From assembly GCF_009914755.1 (NCBI RefSeq), contig NC_060947.1: a DNA stretch of 64,000 nucleotides. One strand, 5' to 3'. The DNA is from the human T2T-CHM13v2.0 reference genome, Homo sapiens. The position numbers and the translations under genes are program-made. Positions 13,624-26,179 of this stretch are shown in pieces (position 1 is the first letter of the stretch; the number at the start of each line of letters is the position of its first letter). The notes under the pieces are model-generated. The model was given only the letters and a program-made list of their open reading frames with translations. It was not told the DNA's origin and made no database searches.

Positions 13624-13838
13624 TTCCTCCTGAATGGCTGGAGGCAGGGCAGCCAGAAACTCAGGGCTCACTTCAGTCACACCAGGATTCCCCACCACTG
13701 CAGGCGCTGAGCTATTTGTGGAGGGGGCAGTCCGGGTTGGTGGACGAATGCCTAGCTGGTTCTGTAGAACTTCCCGACGGATGTCATCAGGCAGGGCAGC
13801 CAGAAAAGAGGGGTCCACACCTTCAGGGAGACTGATAC
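13624..13838 (-). CDS. HUWE1: HUWE1 exon [25 protein letters not shown]...[16 protein letters not shown] (UBM repeats)
   Basis: ORF 13525..13989; ttcag| and GAA|gtatgt; followed by a 76-nt intron. Confidence 0.93.
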
Positions 13839-13884
13839 CTGAAGGGAGATATAACATGTAAAGGGATTCACGCCTTATTAATTG

Positions 13885-14170
13885 CTTGAGACGGGGTCTT
13901 GGTCTGTTGCCCAGGCTGGAGTGTAGTGGTGCAACCCTTGCCTCACTGCAGTGTTGAGCTCCTGGGCTCGAGTCTTCCTGCCTCAGCATCTTGAGTAGCT
14001 GGGATTACAGGCATGCACCAAAATGCCTGGCTAATTTACATATATATTTTTGTAGAGATGGGGTCTCCCTATGTTGCCCAGGCTGGTCTTAAACTCTTGG
14101 CTTCAGGTGATCCTCTGACCTCTGCTTCCCAAATTTTCAGGATTACAGGCACGAGCCACCGCGCCCAGCC
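13885..14170 (-). mobile_element. AluJ-like element
   Basis: diverged Alu in reverse orientation. Confidence 0.88.
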
Positions 14171-14668
14171 TCTCACACCTCTATTGGTGCCTAATATGTA
14201 CTTGGAGAAAATAAACCCATGTCACTCCTTGAGGGAAACCAGTGTATATGTCTTCACTGCTTGCAAGACATGGGACACAGAGAAGGCCCACCCCACCTTC
14301 CCTGGGCTCAGAACAGCTTTTGTTATTTGCTAGACTGCATGCACTGTTACTTACCCTTCATAAATAACCTACCACGCAGATATCATCACCCCCTCGGTAT
14401 CATTCATGATCACAGAAATTAAATAATGACCCTAGGTTGTAAAAGGTAGAAGTGGCAGAGTGGGGGAATTTGAGTGAGCCAAGATCAGTTTGACTCCTAA
14501 GGCTGGACCCGTTTCATTATGCCATACCAGCACCCCCGCTTATTGTCAGTCCTCCCACATACATGCCCTCCATCTAAATGGAACTGTTTGGCTGGTGGGC
14601 ATTTCCATGCCAAGGGCTACTAGAAGCCAAAACAATCCCAGGATGACCTGGGCATACACGGAACTCAC

Positions 14669-14799
14669 CCGCAAGGGGATCTTCTTCTTCACTGCTTGTT
14701 GAAGGCAACGGCTCTTCTAGGATTCCTCGGGAATCTGCTCCAGAAATGGCCACGGCAGAATCTCTGGTGGAAGAGCTCTCAGAGGATGCAGGTGGGGAG
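14669..14799 (-). CDS. HUWE1: HUWE1 exon SSPPASSES...EEEDPLA
   Basis: ORF 14574..14813; GT-AG flanks. Confidence 0.92.
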
Positions 14800-14995
14800 C
14801 TGAGGGAAATCATGCTCAGGTTGCTGTCTGTATTATGTCTTCTCGTTTATAAAACACTGCTACAATACCCCTTTCTCACAGAAACCAGCTTTATCTCCCC
14901 AGCATAACAAGCATGTCCATTAGTTGACGAGTATGAAATGTGCTTTGAAAGACCCTCCAATATATCCTACCCTTCTTTTGCCCACACATGCTTAC

Positions 14996-15251
14996 CTGTC
15001 CTCAGGTGGCTGGGCAGATTCCCCTGACCCATCACTCCTGCCTTGCACTTCCGCCACAGCTGGTGGGGCATCCCCAGGAGTGGAGCTGCCTGCTCTGGGC
15101 TGCTCAGAACTGCCAGCTGCTGAAGTGTCACCCACAGCCTCCTCTAAGGTACAGGAAGCCAGGCTGCTTGTATCCATAGGAGAGCCTTCTAGCTGACTGC
15201 TGACAGCCGTCAGTGCATCAGAATCCTCAGCTCTCTCTGGGGAAAGTGAGG
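14996..15251 (-). CDS. HUWE1: HUWE1 exon [11 protein letters not shown]...SAQPPED
   Basis: ORF 14992..15177; GT-AG flanks. Confidence 0.92.
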
Positions 15252-15503
15252 CTAGGAAGAAGTTGCAGGGAGAGGTTAGGTTTCTATCTGGAACCGGGGC
15301 AAAATGACAGATAAGGTCTTTGATAGGGCTGCTTCCTTAGGGGCATCTCAGCTCAGACTTCTCACTTCTCCCTTGCTGTCCCCCTCTCAATCTCACTTTG
15401 AGATTTCTAAGGTTCAGCTGAAGCCCTTTCTATCAATTCTTGAACATTTACTGTGTTCCAGGCATGCCTGTGAAACATCTTCCCTAGGCAAACCAGGTAA
15501 GGG

Positions 15504-15800
15504 ATTTTTTTTTGGCAGGGGGATGGAGTCTCACTCTGTTGCCCAGGCTGGAGTACAGTGGCACAATCTCGGCTCACTGCAATCTCCGCCTCCTGGGTTC
15601 AAGCAATTCTCTGCCTCAGCCTCCTGAGGAGCTGGGATTACAGGCACCTGCTACCACGCCCGGCCAGTTTTTTGTATTTTTAGTAGAGATGGGGTTTCAC
15701 CATCTTGGCCAGGCTGATCTTGAATTCCTGACCTCATGATCCACCTGCCTCGGCCTCCCAAAGTGCTTGGATTACAGGTGTGAGCCACCGCGCCCAGCCC
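15504..15800 (-). mobile_element. AluS-like element
   Basis: TSD ggtaagggatttttt on both sides. Confidence 0.92.
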
Positions 15801-15818
15801 GGGTAAGGGATTTTTTCA

Positions 15819-16235
<417 letters not shown>

Positions 16236-16584
16236 TTAGGGTCTCTCCAGAGAACTTCACAAGCAAGATGGTATAGAGCAGGGATGGCAAGCAGGTATCA
16301 ATTTATCCTGTTGAAATACTGCTGAGAAGACTTTTCAGGCCCCATTTCAAACCAGTGAGAAATAGTGTCATGAGATAAACAGTGTCTGCCAGGAGAATGG
16401 GAGAGCTCTAAGTGTGGGATGACATGCTTGCCATCCTGGGAACTGTGGAAGGAGAGAGTAATCTTTAAAGTCAGACAGATCTGGGTTTTAATTCTAGTTC
16501 AACCACTTACAGAGTGACTTGGGCTAATTATTTCATTTCTGAGTTTCAGTTTACTCATGTAAATAACACCATCGATTTTGGAGA

Positions 16585-16710
16585 GTTTTTTTTTCCCCCC
16601 AATAGAGATGGGGTCTATGTTGCCCAGGCTGGTCTCAAACTCCTGAGCTCAAATGATCCCCCTGCCTCAGCCTCCCAAAGTGCTGGGATTATGAGTCATC
16701 ATACCCAGCT
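16585..16710 (-). mobile_element. Alu monomer (FLAM-like)
   Basis: single Alu arm in reverse orientation. Confidence 0.8.
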
Positions 16711-16990
16711 GGAGAGTTGTTTTTAAATAATAAGCCTGGGGTGATAGCCCAGAAACAGAGTAATTGCCTCAATGAACTGTTGGTATCATCACCAATATCA
16801 TTAGACATTCAACTATCACCAGTTCAGGACCTCAACTTCACTTAAGAAAGTGAATGCGCAAGACGAGATCTTATTATTTGAGAAGTTGAACTCCTACTAT
16901 TTCTCTCAAGCAAAAGAGCAAAGAGAAGCTACAAAGACATCCTTTCTTCCCTCTTGTTTCATCCTCCCCAAATGTTGAAATTCTACTCAC

Positions 16991-17278
16991 TTATAGTGGG
17001 AGCTGGGGATAACTCCATCTGAGTTGTTTCTGCTTCCCCACTTGGCCTTGTGGGACCCAATTCCTCTGGCTCTACAGGCATCAATAGCTGTGTAGAGCTG
17101 CCCCCTTCTCCAGCTGGAGACTGCAGCTCCTGAGGAACCTCTCCCAAAGCTGGTGGGGTTGGGAGTGTTGGTTGCTGTTGTGAGGATTGCAGAGTGCCAA
17201 GGGTCTCCTTGGACTCAGATGTAGCTGCATCAGTTGAAGATGGGGTTGTTGGGTAGCTGTCAGGCATAGGCGTCCCAT
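16991..17278 (-). CDS. HUWE1: HUWE1 exon [12 protein letters not shown]...ELSPAPTI
   Basis: ORF 16983..17345; gaaag| and A|gtgagt. Confidence 0.92.
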
Positions 17279-17633
17279 CTTTCTCGGAAAGAACAATAAT
17301 AGTGGTTAAGGGGCAACCAGCCAATGATGAGGGGAGCCACCCCAATCAGCAAATGTGGCCTGATAAGTATCCCACCCAGCCAGTGATCATCCCCACAACA
17401 AAAATACTCCAAGGAACATCTCTGGTCTGGTATACTAAGGATGAAGGTTAAGGCACAGTGCTATCTCTGTCCCAAGAATGCAAGAACTGGAGCTCTGACT
17501 CTGTGGATTCTAAGAATAAAATCCTTTCTGTGCCCTGCAGGTGGAAGGGGGAAGATTTCAGGCCATATAGGGTGAGGCTAAATGTCTCTGACCTATAGGT
17601 ACACAGAAAATCTAACTACCAAAATCCTATTGA

Positions 17634-18301
<668 letters not shown>

Positions 18302-18580
18302 AAAATTCTTAAAGTATGCTTTCCATTCCCTTGCACACATTCCTGTTCTATTACTAATAAAATGCAATCATTACACAGTTGAAGAATAGCAAAATGAGTT
18401 CATGCCCAAAGGTAAAATAATTATATGCTCCAATTAATGAAAGACAAGTCACTTTATAATGACATCTGCCTCACCCTAAACACCATCTGTCCCCTTCCAT
18501 GTCTCTTTTCTTCCAGTCCAAATTATCCAAGGAACATCTACAACTTTGTCTGATGGAGGCAACACTGCTAAGACTAAGTG

Positions 18581-18699
18581 TGAATATGCCACACACCAGG
18601 GAAAGTAGTAAGTTGTATAGTTATCTTCTAATTGGGGCCTAATATCCCTACCCCACAACAATACAACTTACTACCTCACCCTGGCATGAGCAGAATCCT
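18581..18699 (-). ncRNA. MIR98: miR-98 precursor (let-7 family); 5p at 18657..18678
   Basis: reverse complement contains UGAGGUAGUAAGUUGUAUUGUU and the complementary arm CUAUACAACUUACUACUUUCCC. Confidence 0.98.
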
Positions 18700-19549
18700 C
18701 TAATAAGGGCAGCAGGCAAAAGGCCATTTTACATGGTGACAGACTCTTTTAAAGATCTTTTGCTAGATTAAGGGTACCAAGGCATCTACCCTACTTCACT
18801 GCTTTAAAAAATATTGTGCAGGCTTTGGTACAATCATTTTCCAACTCAAGTGCGAAAGGAGACAGGTGTAGGGAGGCAGAAGAATGTTCTGAGGAAATAT
18901 GGGTGGGGGAGACATATGATATCACATGAACCAACTGATAGAATCACAAAATGGCTACTGACCATTGTTAAGAAGATCAGAGGGAATAGGAAACATACGG
19001 CAGTCATACCACTAAGCCCAGAGAGCTACCTTCATGAACAGCACACTATCCAAGACAATGTTCCTAGACTTTTAGATTCCATGGACCAATAAAATTTAAT
19101 TAAAAAAAGAACAAAAAGTAGAGACTAATGTAGGGGTTGCCAACTTTTAGTTTAGCCATGTAAGAAAAAACATCCAATCAACATCATTTAATAAAAATAT
19201 TTTGGTACCACAGAATTAGGAATATGATCTCTAAATACAAAAACAGCCTTTTAAATGGAATAAATTCAGCTTTATGAAAAAGGCATTAAAGCTCCTTGAT
19301 TTTGTTCGTTTCCACAGAGGACTGGCATTTGAGAACCACTGTCATCAGTTATTCTCATGAAGTGCCACACCATGGTGGTCATCAAAGGACCAGCCACTTC
19401 AAAGATGTACATGAACATGCTGTTTCAGAGGACAGAGTTGCAGTCAGGAAATGAACAAGACACATGACCTCATTACCCATGCCAGAACAAAGTAGATAAT
19501 AACCAGAACAAGAACCTGAACAGAGCCAGTCGGAGAAGAAGTGTACCAC

Positions 19550-19632
19550 CGTGGGAAAGACAGTAGACTGTATAGTTATCTCCAAGATGGGGTATGACCC
19601 TAAAACTATACAATCTACTACCTCATCCCACA
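19550..19632 (-). ncRNA. MIRLET7F2: let-7f-2 precursor; 5p at 19604..19625
   Basis: reverse complement contains UGAGGUAGUAGAUUGUAUAGUU, a loop with GGAG, and 3p arm CUAUACAGUCUACUGUCUUUCC. Confidence 0.98.
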
Positions 19633-19739
19633 GAGCACCAGTGTCCATCTTCAGCCTATGTGGGCCAGCTACTCGGAACTATCAGGATAAAGAAGCAACC
19701 AATTGATTAGTAAGAAGGGAGAAAGGGAAGGAGAGTTAC

Positions 19740-19785
19740 CTGAGAGATTCTGTTCAGTGGAGTCATTTGACTTAGATGCAGTACA
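19740..19785 (-). CDS. HUWE1: HUWE1 46-nt exon CTASKSNDSTEQNLS
   Basis: tgcag|TGT ... G|gtaact; phases 0 and 1 fit. Confidence 0.9.
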
Positions 19786-21012
19786 CTGCAAAAAGAAGGG
19801 ATAGACCAATGTGGGACTTTGCAAGCACCTAAGATAGAGGTCAACTGTAATAGTCACCATCCTCCACCCAGACCATCTAGGAGTTCAGTGATCTAATGGA
19901 GAATGCTTTGGCCATGTGACCAAAGGAAGGTGATCATTTCACTGTGCAAATATATGACCAATTTCTCTATACATACTCAGGTTCAAGAATTGTTTGGGGC
20001 TGAGGGGGAAATAAATATGGAAGGAAAGGATAATAAAAACCCCTTAGGGATGGGCACGATCATGATCATTCTAGCAAGAATTTCTTGGTTTCATCTATGT
20101 ATTTTTTCCCTTCATGGGGCTTATTTTTTATTTTGTCCACTCTAGTCTTTTCAGTCACAGGCTAGGTTCACTTATTTTTCATCCTATATCAAGTTTGAAA
20201 CAATGTGTGTATTAGGTAAAAAGTTCTATATAAAGATATTTGTTAGATCAACCTTGTTATTTTAACTGAACACTTCACTACCCTTATTTTTAATCTACCT
20301 GATTCCTTAACTGCTGAGTAGGGTATACTAAAGTCTTTCACTCTCAAGTCTTATTTCTTTGTATTTCTATCAGTTTTTCCCCCTTTTATATCAAGTGATA
20401 CACTGTAATGTATAATTCTATCAACATTTACTCAGACATTTAAAAGATCTCTGTCTGAGGTCCCAGAAGTTTCAGAAAAAAGTAGGTAACTTCCTTCTAA
20501 ACCAAAATTGTATTAGTGATTTTATACATGTGAGCCCTAGAAAAAATGACATGTGGTGATGGGGTTCAGAGTACAAACATTTTCTCTGATCTGACACCTA
20601 GGCTGATCTTACTCAAATGACGGAATGGGGTCATCTCGGTAAGATTCCCCACACTGGCAGTTCACCGACAGAAATGGAAGTGGGCGACTAAGAGCATGGA
20701 CTTAGATAAGGTTTTTCTCCTTGTCTTGATGCTGTCCTTGGCGGTAGAGACTATGCAGTGTGACTGTTGAGTGAGAAGCCATTCTGCTTCTGGCTCCAGT
20801 TTTTCCCTTGACACTTGAGAAATCTCCCCTCTAGGTTTGAATTCTTTCCCCTAAAAACCAGGTCAATGTATGGTGAATTTGAAATAAAAAATTTCCCAGG
20901 TTCAACGTGAACGTTCTAGGATTCTTCAGTGATTCCTGGTGCCATGTGTATGCCAAAACCACATTACGGCAGACACAGTCAAAGATGAATCCTCCCAGCC
21001 CTTGGGAATCAC

Positions 21013-21167
21013 CTGTGCACTCTGATCCCTGTTCTCCTTATCTTCTTTGCCTTTATCAGTTATCTTTGTTTCTTCCTCAGCCAGTTGTTTCCTGCGCTTC
21101 TCTCGCCTTTCTTCCAGCTCCTCATCCCTCAGGAATTCCAGGTGATTGACAATGGACACTTTAACCA
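21013..21167 (-). CDS. HUWE1: HUWE1 exon [27 protein letters not shown]...DQSAQ
   Basis: ORF 20926..21270; GT-AG flanks. Confidence 0.93.
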
Positions 21168-21328
21168 CTGTTTCAAAGAGGCAAAAATCAAAGGCTGCTC
21201 TGGTGGGGTCAGGGAGGAAGCCAAGAGGCAGAGCTTGTAGCCACAGAGAACCAGGGAAACAACTCTCCACACGTTTGCCCTAGCTCTGGAAGGCTCACTA
21301 TTGCCCTGATAACCAAGCTGCCACGCAC

Positions 21329-21418
21329 CTGAAACACAGTCATGCATGCTCTCAGCATCGAGAACTTTGCATTCTTCTGTCCAGCGGGTCAGGGCTGTGG
21401 GGATGCTGGACAGGGTTC
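21329..21418 (-). CDS. HUWE1: HUWE1 exon [30 protein letters not shown]
   Basis: ORF 21129..21461; tacag| and G|gtgcgt. Confidence 0.92.
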
Positions 21419-21711
21419 CTGTAGGGACAGCAAAGGGGAATGAGATTCTTGGCCTTGTCAAGCATTAACTGATCCACCGATCCAAAAATTGCAGTATTTC
21501 CCTAAAAGGACCCAAGGTCTATCACAATGTTTAGAACATAACAAGTACCTAGAGACAATAAAGTTTTTGTTGCCCATGGCTAAGTCACTGAGTGGTTCTG
21601 GCTCCTATAAAATGGGGGTTTTCTATAGGGCAGACACTGTCTTGCTTTTCCTCAGCAGGGAAAAAGTAGAATCTGACAAATTCTACCCTCCCTTTCACCA
21701 CACAAACTTGC

Positions 21712-21890
21712 CTGCTTGGCTGGTAGCTGTGCTCTGATCATGGAAAAAGTCATCCAGCAGCTCATCATCAGAACGGGCGATGATGTGGACGTCATCGTTG
21801 CCTACCAGGAGGCGGGCCCGACCCCGGCTTTGTAGGGGAAGGCTGCTGCTCAGCTGAAGGATGTCAGCAGCAGCTGAGGGACCAAGCAAC
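21712..21890 (-). CDS. HUWE1: HUWE1 exon [12 protein letters not shown]...QSTATSQA, ending at a GC donor
   Basis: ORF 21695..21889; donor CAG|gcaagt gives the correct phase. Confidence 0.9.
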
Positions 21891-22545
21891 CTGTAGGGTA
21901 ATGGTGGGTACCATGATCACTGTTAAGTCCAGAGGTGCCCTGCAACCTGTTACCATGAGATCCTCTTCATGCATCCTCTATTAAATGCAGAACATGATTA
22001 TAAACCTGATGATGTGCACACAAGTCTAAGTTATTTTTCTGAATACCACCCTGGTTTTGTACTTAAGTTGTATATTATTCCATAGTTCCTGGCACCAAGT
22101 GGGTGTCAATAAGCTCCCACGTGCCAGGCACTGCGTCAGGTCACATTGCCTCCACTACACCCTCTCTGTCGTCTGTACACCAACCATTACAACACTTATA
22201 TGCCTTTCTTTTACTTCTTAAGATTGTTTGTCTCACTAAACTCTAAGCCTGAGGGCAGGGATCTTGTCCCGTCTATATCTAAAGTGTTAAGTGCTTGGCA
22301 TGAGACACTTAATAATTGCTAAATACATGCGCAGAACTATTGACATAATTTGGTATTCCCCAAAAGGCTGCACTCCCCAAAAGGCTACACATGTAATCCA
22401 CAAAGAAATGGAACAAATACCTTATTTGTGTGTATGACAAGAACATTAAGTGATGGACTATTTCCCCCAAGGTTAAGACAATGCTAAAGCACAGTGAAAA
22501 TTCTTACAAGAGCTCCGATGAATCCAACAGATCTCTGTAACTCAC

Positions 22546-22774
22546 CTCTGCAGTATAAGAGGAGGGTTGGGCTGGCGATTCCCAGGGTAGTGAACATGAA
22601 TGGTGTGGCCAGTATTGGCCGTCAGCTGCCTTAGGGTCCTCTGACTGCGCCCGATGCCCTGGGTGAGACGAGTTGTTGAAGAGCCACTGCCCAGTGTCAG
22701 AGAACTGTGGTCTGCATGGCGCACCATCAGTGGATGGGTGGTAGGGATATTTCCTGGGGATGGGGGGATGTCTG
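22546..22774 (-). CDS. HUWE1: HUWE1 exon [11 protein letters not shown]...PPLILQ
   Basis: ORF 22542..22835; tandem cagcag acceptor. Confidence 0.92.
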
Positions 22775-24113
22775 CTGCAAGGACAATATGTAAAAGGGTC
22801 AGTGTCAAAAAGAAATTTCTTCCATGTTTGTTCAAGCAGAATCATGTCTCCTGGGCCTTACTTCCTCACACGGAAACCTGAGCTTTGTCCTTTCTCCCTC
22901 ATTCCCACAACTCATCTACAATCACTGACACTACCATAGCTTATGCCATCATCTCTCACTTAGATACTGCAACGGCCTCCTAAATAGTACCTTCTCCCAA
23001 TCCATTTTCCACACTACAGTCACAGTGATGCTTCTAGGCCCCTCAGATACATGCTGCTCCCTTCACCTTGAAGACTCCTCTCCCGCTTCTTTACCTGCTC
23101 TTCTCTTCTTGGCCTAAGATGTCACTTTCTCTGTGAAGCCTGACTTCCACAGATTGGGTTAGGTAACTCTTTACCTCTGTGCTCTCTTACTATAGTGCAA
23201 TGTAATGCCTGCTTAGTTATGATTCCTAATAAACCACTCCTATGAGGAACGAGGACTGTTTTCTTCTTTACTGCTGTATCCCTAGTACCTAGGATACAGT
23301 AGGCACTCCTCAAATATTGTTCAATTTGCTGAATGGACAGAGGCTCAACTCTAAGGGAAACTGATGAAAATCACAAAAATGCAAAATAATCATAGATGTT
23401 ATCTTCAAAGTTATCTAATCCAACCCATTTTTTTCTCGAACTTTTCATTTACAGGTGACAAACTGAGGCTCAAAGAGGTAAGAGATTAATTGGCCAAGAA
23501 AACAGACCAGAACAGTTCAGTGTTTTCTGCTACATCATGCTTGTGATTTAAGTTGTCAAGACCTGCCCTATCAAGACAGCTTGATTCTAAGAACTCGATT
23601 CTAACTTGACGCTAAAAGGGAAGTTTCACGGTGATGGGGGAGGAAGAGATTCACTCGTTCTCCCGAAAAGACGCATCCTGGATGAATAGAGTGAGTATGT
23701 TCAAATCTGCTCCCCAAAGCCAAGCTCAAAGGTGACCATTCAAACCCTCAAGATCTTGTGTTATGGACATAAGGATTATTGATTGCCCTGCCACTGTGGT
23801 GTGCACATGGGTGCCTGATGCAGTCAGCCTTGGTCTCTTTCTTTTTTTTAATCAAGCAAATCATCAAGTTGTCCAGGCTCTAAAATGGCTGCCTATTTAC
23901 TGAGGTGAAGGGAACAAAAGCAGCCTCTCACTATTCCTTCTCCTAAGTATACACTAATGAGACAGATGGATTCAGATATCCCTTGCCCCAGGAAGTCAGC
24001 ATAGGAAAAGAAGTGCTGTCTGTATCGGATCGGTTTGGTCCACTGCTTGGCTTACCCTAGAGAAGGGTATAAGAATCAAGAGAGAAAAACCCAGCTGAGC
24101 CCCTGTATCTTAC

Positions 24114-24282
24114 TAGCACTGGAGAACATGTTGTCAAACTCAATGATGAGATCATCCTCCCGGTCAAAGCGCTCAAATCGGACCAAGGGAGAAGCGTTCA
24201 TATCAGGATAATCCTCATCCAATTCCATCTCAGAGCCATCGTCGTCATCGTCTTCATCTCCCTCTTCACCTTCATCATCCTC
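24114..24282 (-). CDS. HUWE1: HUWE1 acidic exon EDDEGEEG...FDNMFSSA
   Basis: ORF 24076..24351; GT-AG flanks. Confidence 0.92.
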
Positions 24283-24468
24283 CTTAAGGGAAAATAGGAG
24301 ATGGAGAATTGCTGGAGGTAAGGGTTTTCTGAAGCCTGGTGCCATGGCCACATGTGCACATGAGGGAGGGAGACGCTGAGGCTAGCAACCCAGACTGTTG
24401 GTTTTCTGCAGCTCTATGTTCCCATGGAAGAGGTCATCTGAACCAACCCAAACGCAGTCCCCCCTCAC

Positions 24469-24602
24469 CTGATCATCTTCCTCATCTTCCTCCTCCTCCT
24501 CCTCTTCATCCTGACTATCATCCTCATCCTCGTTACTGCCACTGCTGTCCTCTTCCTGAGTGTGCTCCTCCTCATCCTCAGGGTCCAGGATATTCATGGA
24601 AT
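24469..24602 (-). CDS. HUWE1: HUWE1 acidic exon [13 protein letters not shown]...EEDDQ
   Basis: ORF 24382..24597; GT-AG flanks. Confidence 0.93.
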
Positions 24603-25188
24603 CTAAAACAAAGGGAGCACATTGGAGGACTAAACTGAGTAGCTAGAAAACAGGCTACTGTGCAGGCCAGCAGGCTGAGTGGGAAGGTGATGGGATATCT
24701 GACTCTATGAGAGGAAGAACCAGATCTGGGGTGATGTACAGACTTAGTGAGCCAGACCCGATTTCCTGAGAGTGCCAATCAATGCATCAACACACTGAGC
24801 AGGGTGGCTGAATGTGGAGGCTGGCTAGAGGGTGGTGCTTGAGGAGCCATGGTCTAGGACTTGGCCAAGTCTGCTGGTGCCCCCTTGCCTTTTCAGCCCT
24901 ACTTTGCTATTGACTATATCCTGTTGGCAAGAGGGAACCTGGAGCGATGATAGCAGGTGGGTGAGAAGAAAGCGAACCAAGTAAGAAGTGACAAACTTTG
25001 GGCAAGCAGTAGTAACATGTTATTTGAAAAACTGGCTGAGGATAAAGTGGATGGTGTATGTCAGCGCATGCAGACAGATGCTTCCTTATTCTGCACATGT
25101 GGGCAGCTGCCTCCAGGAAAACCCTAGTGTAGTGTCTGTCAGACGTGCAGGGCAAGAAGGGAGGCCTTTCTGGCCTCGGCACTCTCAC

Positions 25189-25287
25189 CTTCTCGGTTGG
25201 CCTGCAAGGTGGAAGCTTGGCTGAGGTTGGAAGGAGCTTCATCCATCAGCACGTCCTCTTGTGATTCATCCTCTCCACTTCTGCTCA
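25189..25287 (-). CDS. HUWE1: HUWE1 exon [33 protein letters not shown]
   Basis: ttcag|TG ... G|gtgaga; 99 nt, phase 1-1. Confidence 0.9.
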
Positions 25288-26103
25288 CTGAAGGTTACAG
25301 AGCAGAGCCTTCACTGAACAACAGAGGACTTCCCTTTCCAGACTGGGTGCGTCTAAAGTAGCTATGTACACCTAGCAGATATCCACTTTTTTTTGGATGA
25401 GGGAGAAGACCTGGATTGTCTGCTGTCAGCTAGCTAGGTGAGCTTGGCCAGTCACTTTACCTGTCTGAGTCTCAGTTTCCTCATCTGTAAAACAGGATGA
25501 TCACATCTGCCCTGCCAATCCCACTAATTGTGAAACCACAGAGGATACTGGGTATAAAAAAGCTTTGTAAAACTTAAGAATACGTGTCTACTTCCATTTA
25601 TCCTTTGATTTCCTTGATCAACAAAGTAAAAACAAGTAACACATACACCCTCAGAGCCAGGTGACAGTAGGGTACCTTTGCCATTTTCCCTCTGAGATTT
25701 ATAAAGGGCCACCCTCAGGGAATGATCATTCTTTTTACACTACTGAGACTCAGGGGCAGAAAGCCCCTGGACTTCATTGAAGAACTGAAAGGCAGCGCTT
25801 TCTCACCCTACAGCCTCCTCTAGGCCTCCATGAATAAACACTCTTTTGATGTGCTTGATGTATCATCTGTATCAATGGCCACTCCCACCACCTCCCCCAC
25901 ACAGGCAACACTTTAGACTGCCACAGGCCTGTAGACGTCTTGTGAATTTCTCATCTGTAAGACCGTCAACATCAAGACAAGCAGCGATCTAGGCTGGCTA
26001 TGAGCCCTTAGGCAGAGCTGAGCAAGCAGATGATGAGAAAAAGGGTCCTCCCAAGAGAGACTGAGGCAAAGGAAGAGGCTATACTCAGTTCTGGGGCTCT
26101 CAC

Positions 26104-26179
26104 CTATAATTGTACTGTTCCCAGATCCGCCATCCCTCTCAAGCAACTCATCTATCAGGTCCTCCAGCTCATTCTCAAC
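26104..26179 (-). CDS. HUWE1: HUWE1 exon [25 protein letters not shown]
   Basis: ORF 25913..26212; GT-AG flanks. Confidence 0.92.

Noticed and set aside
23655-23677. Possible 23-nt microexon (ccag|GATGCG...ACGA|gtgaat)
   Set aside because: Weak donor, frameshifting length and no further support
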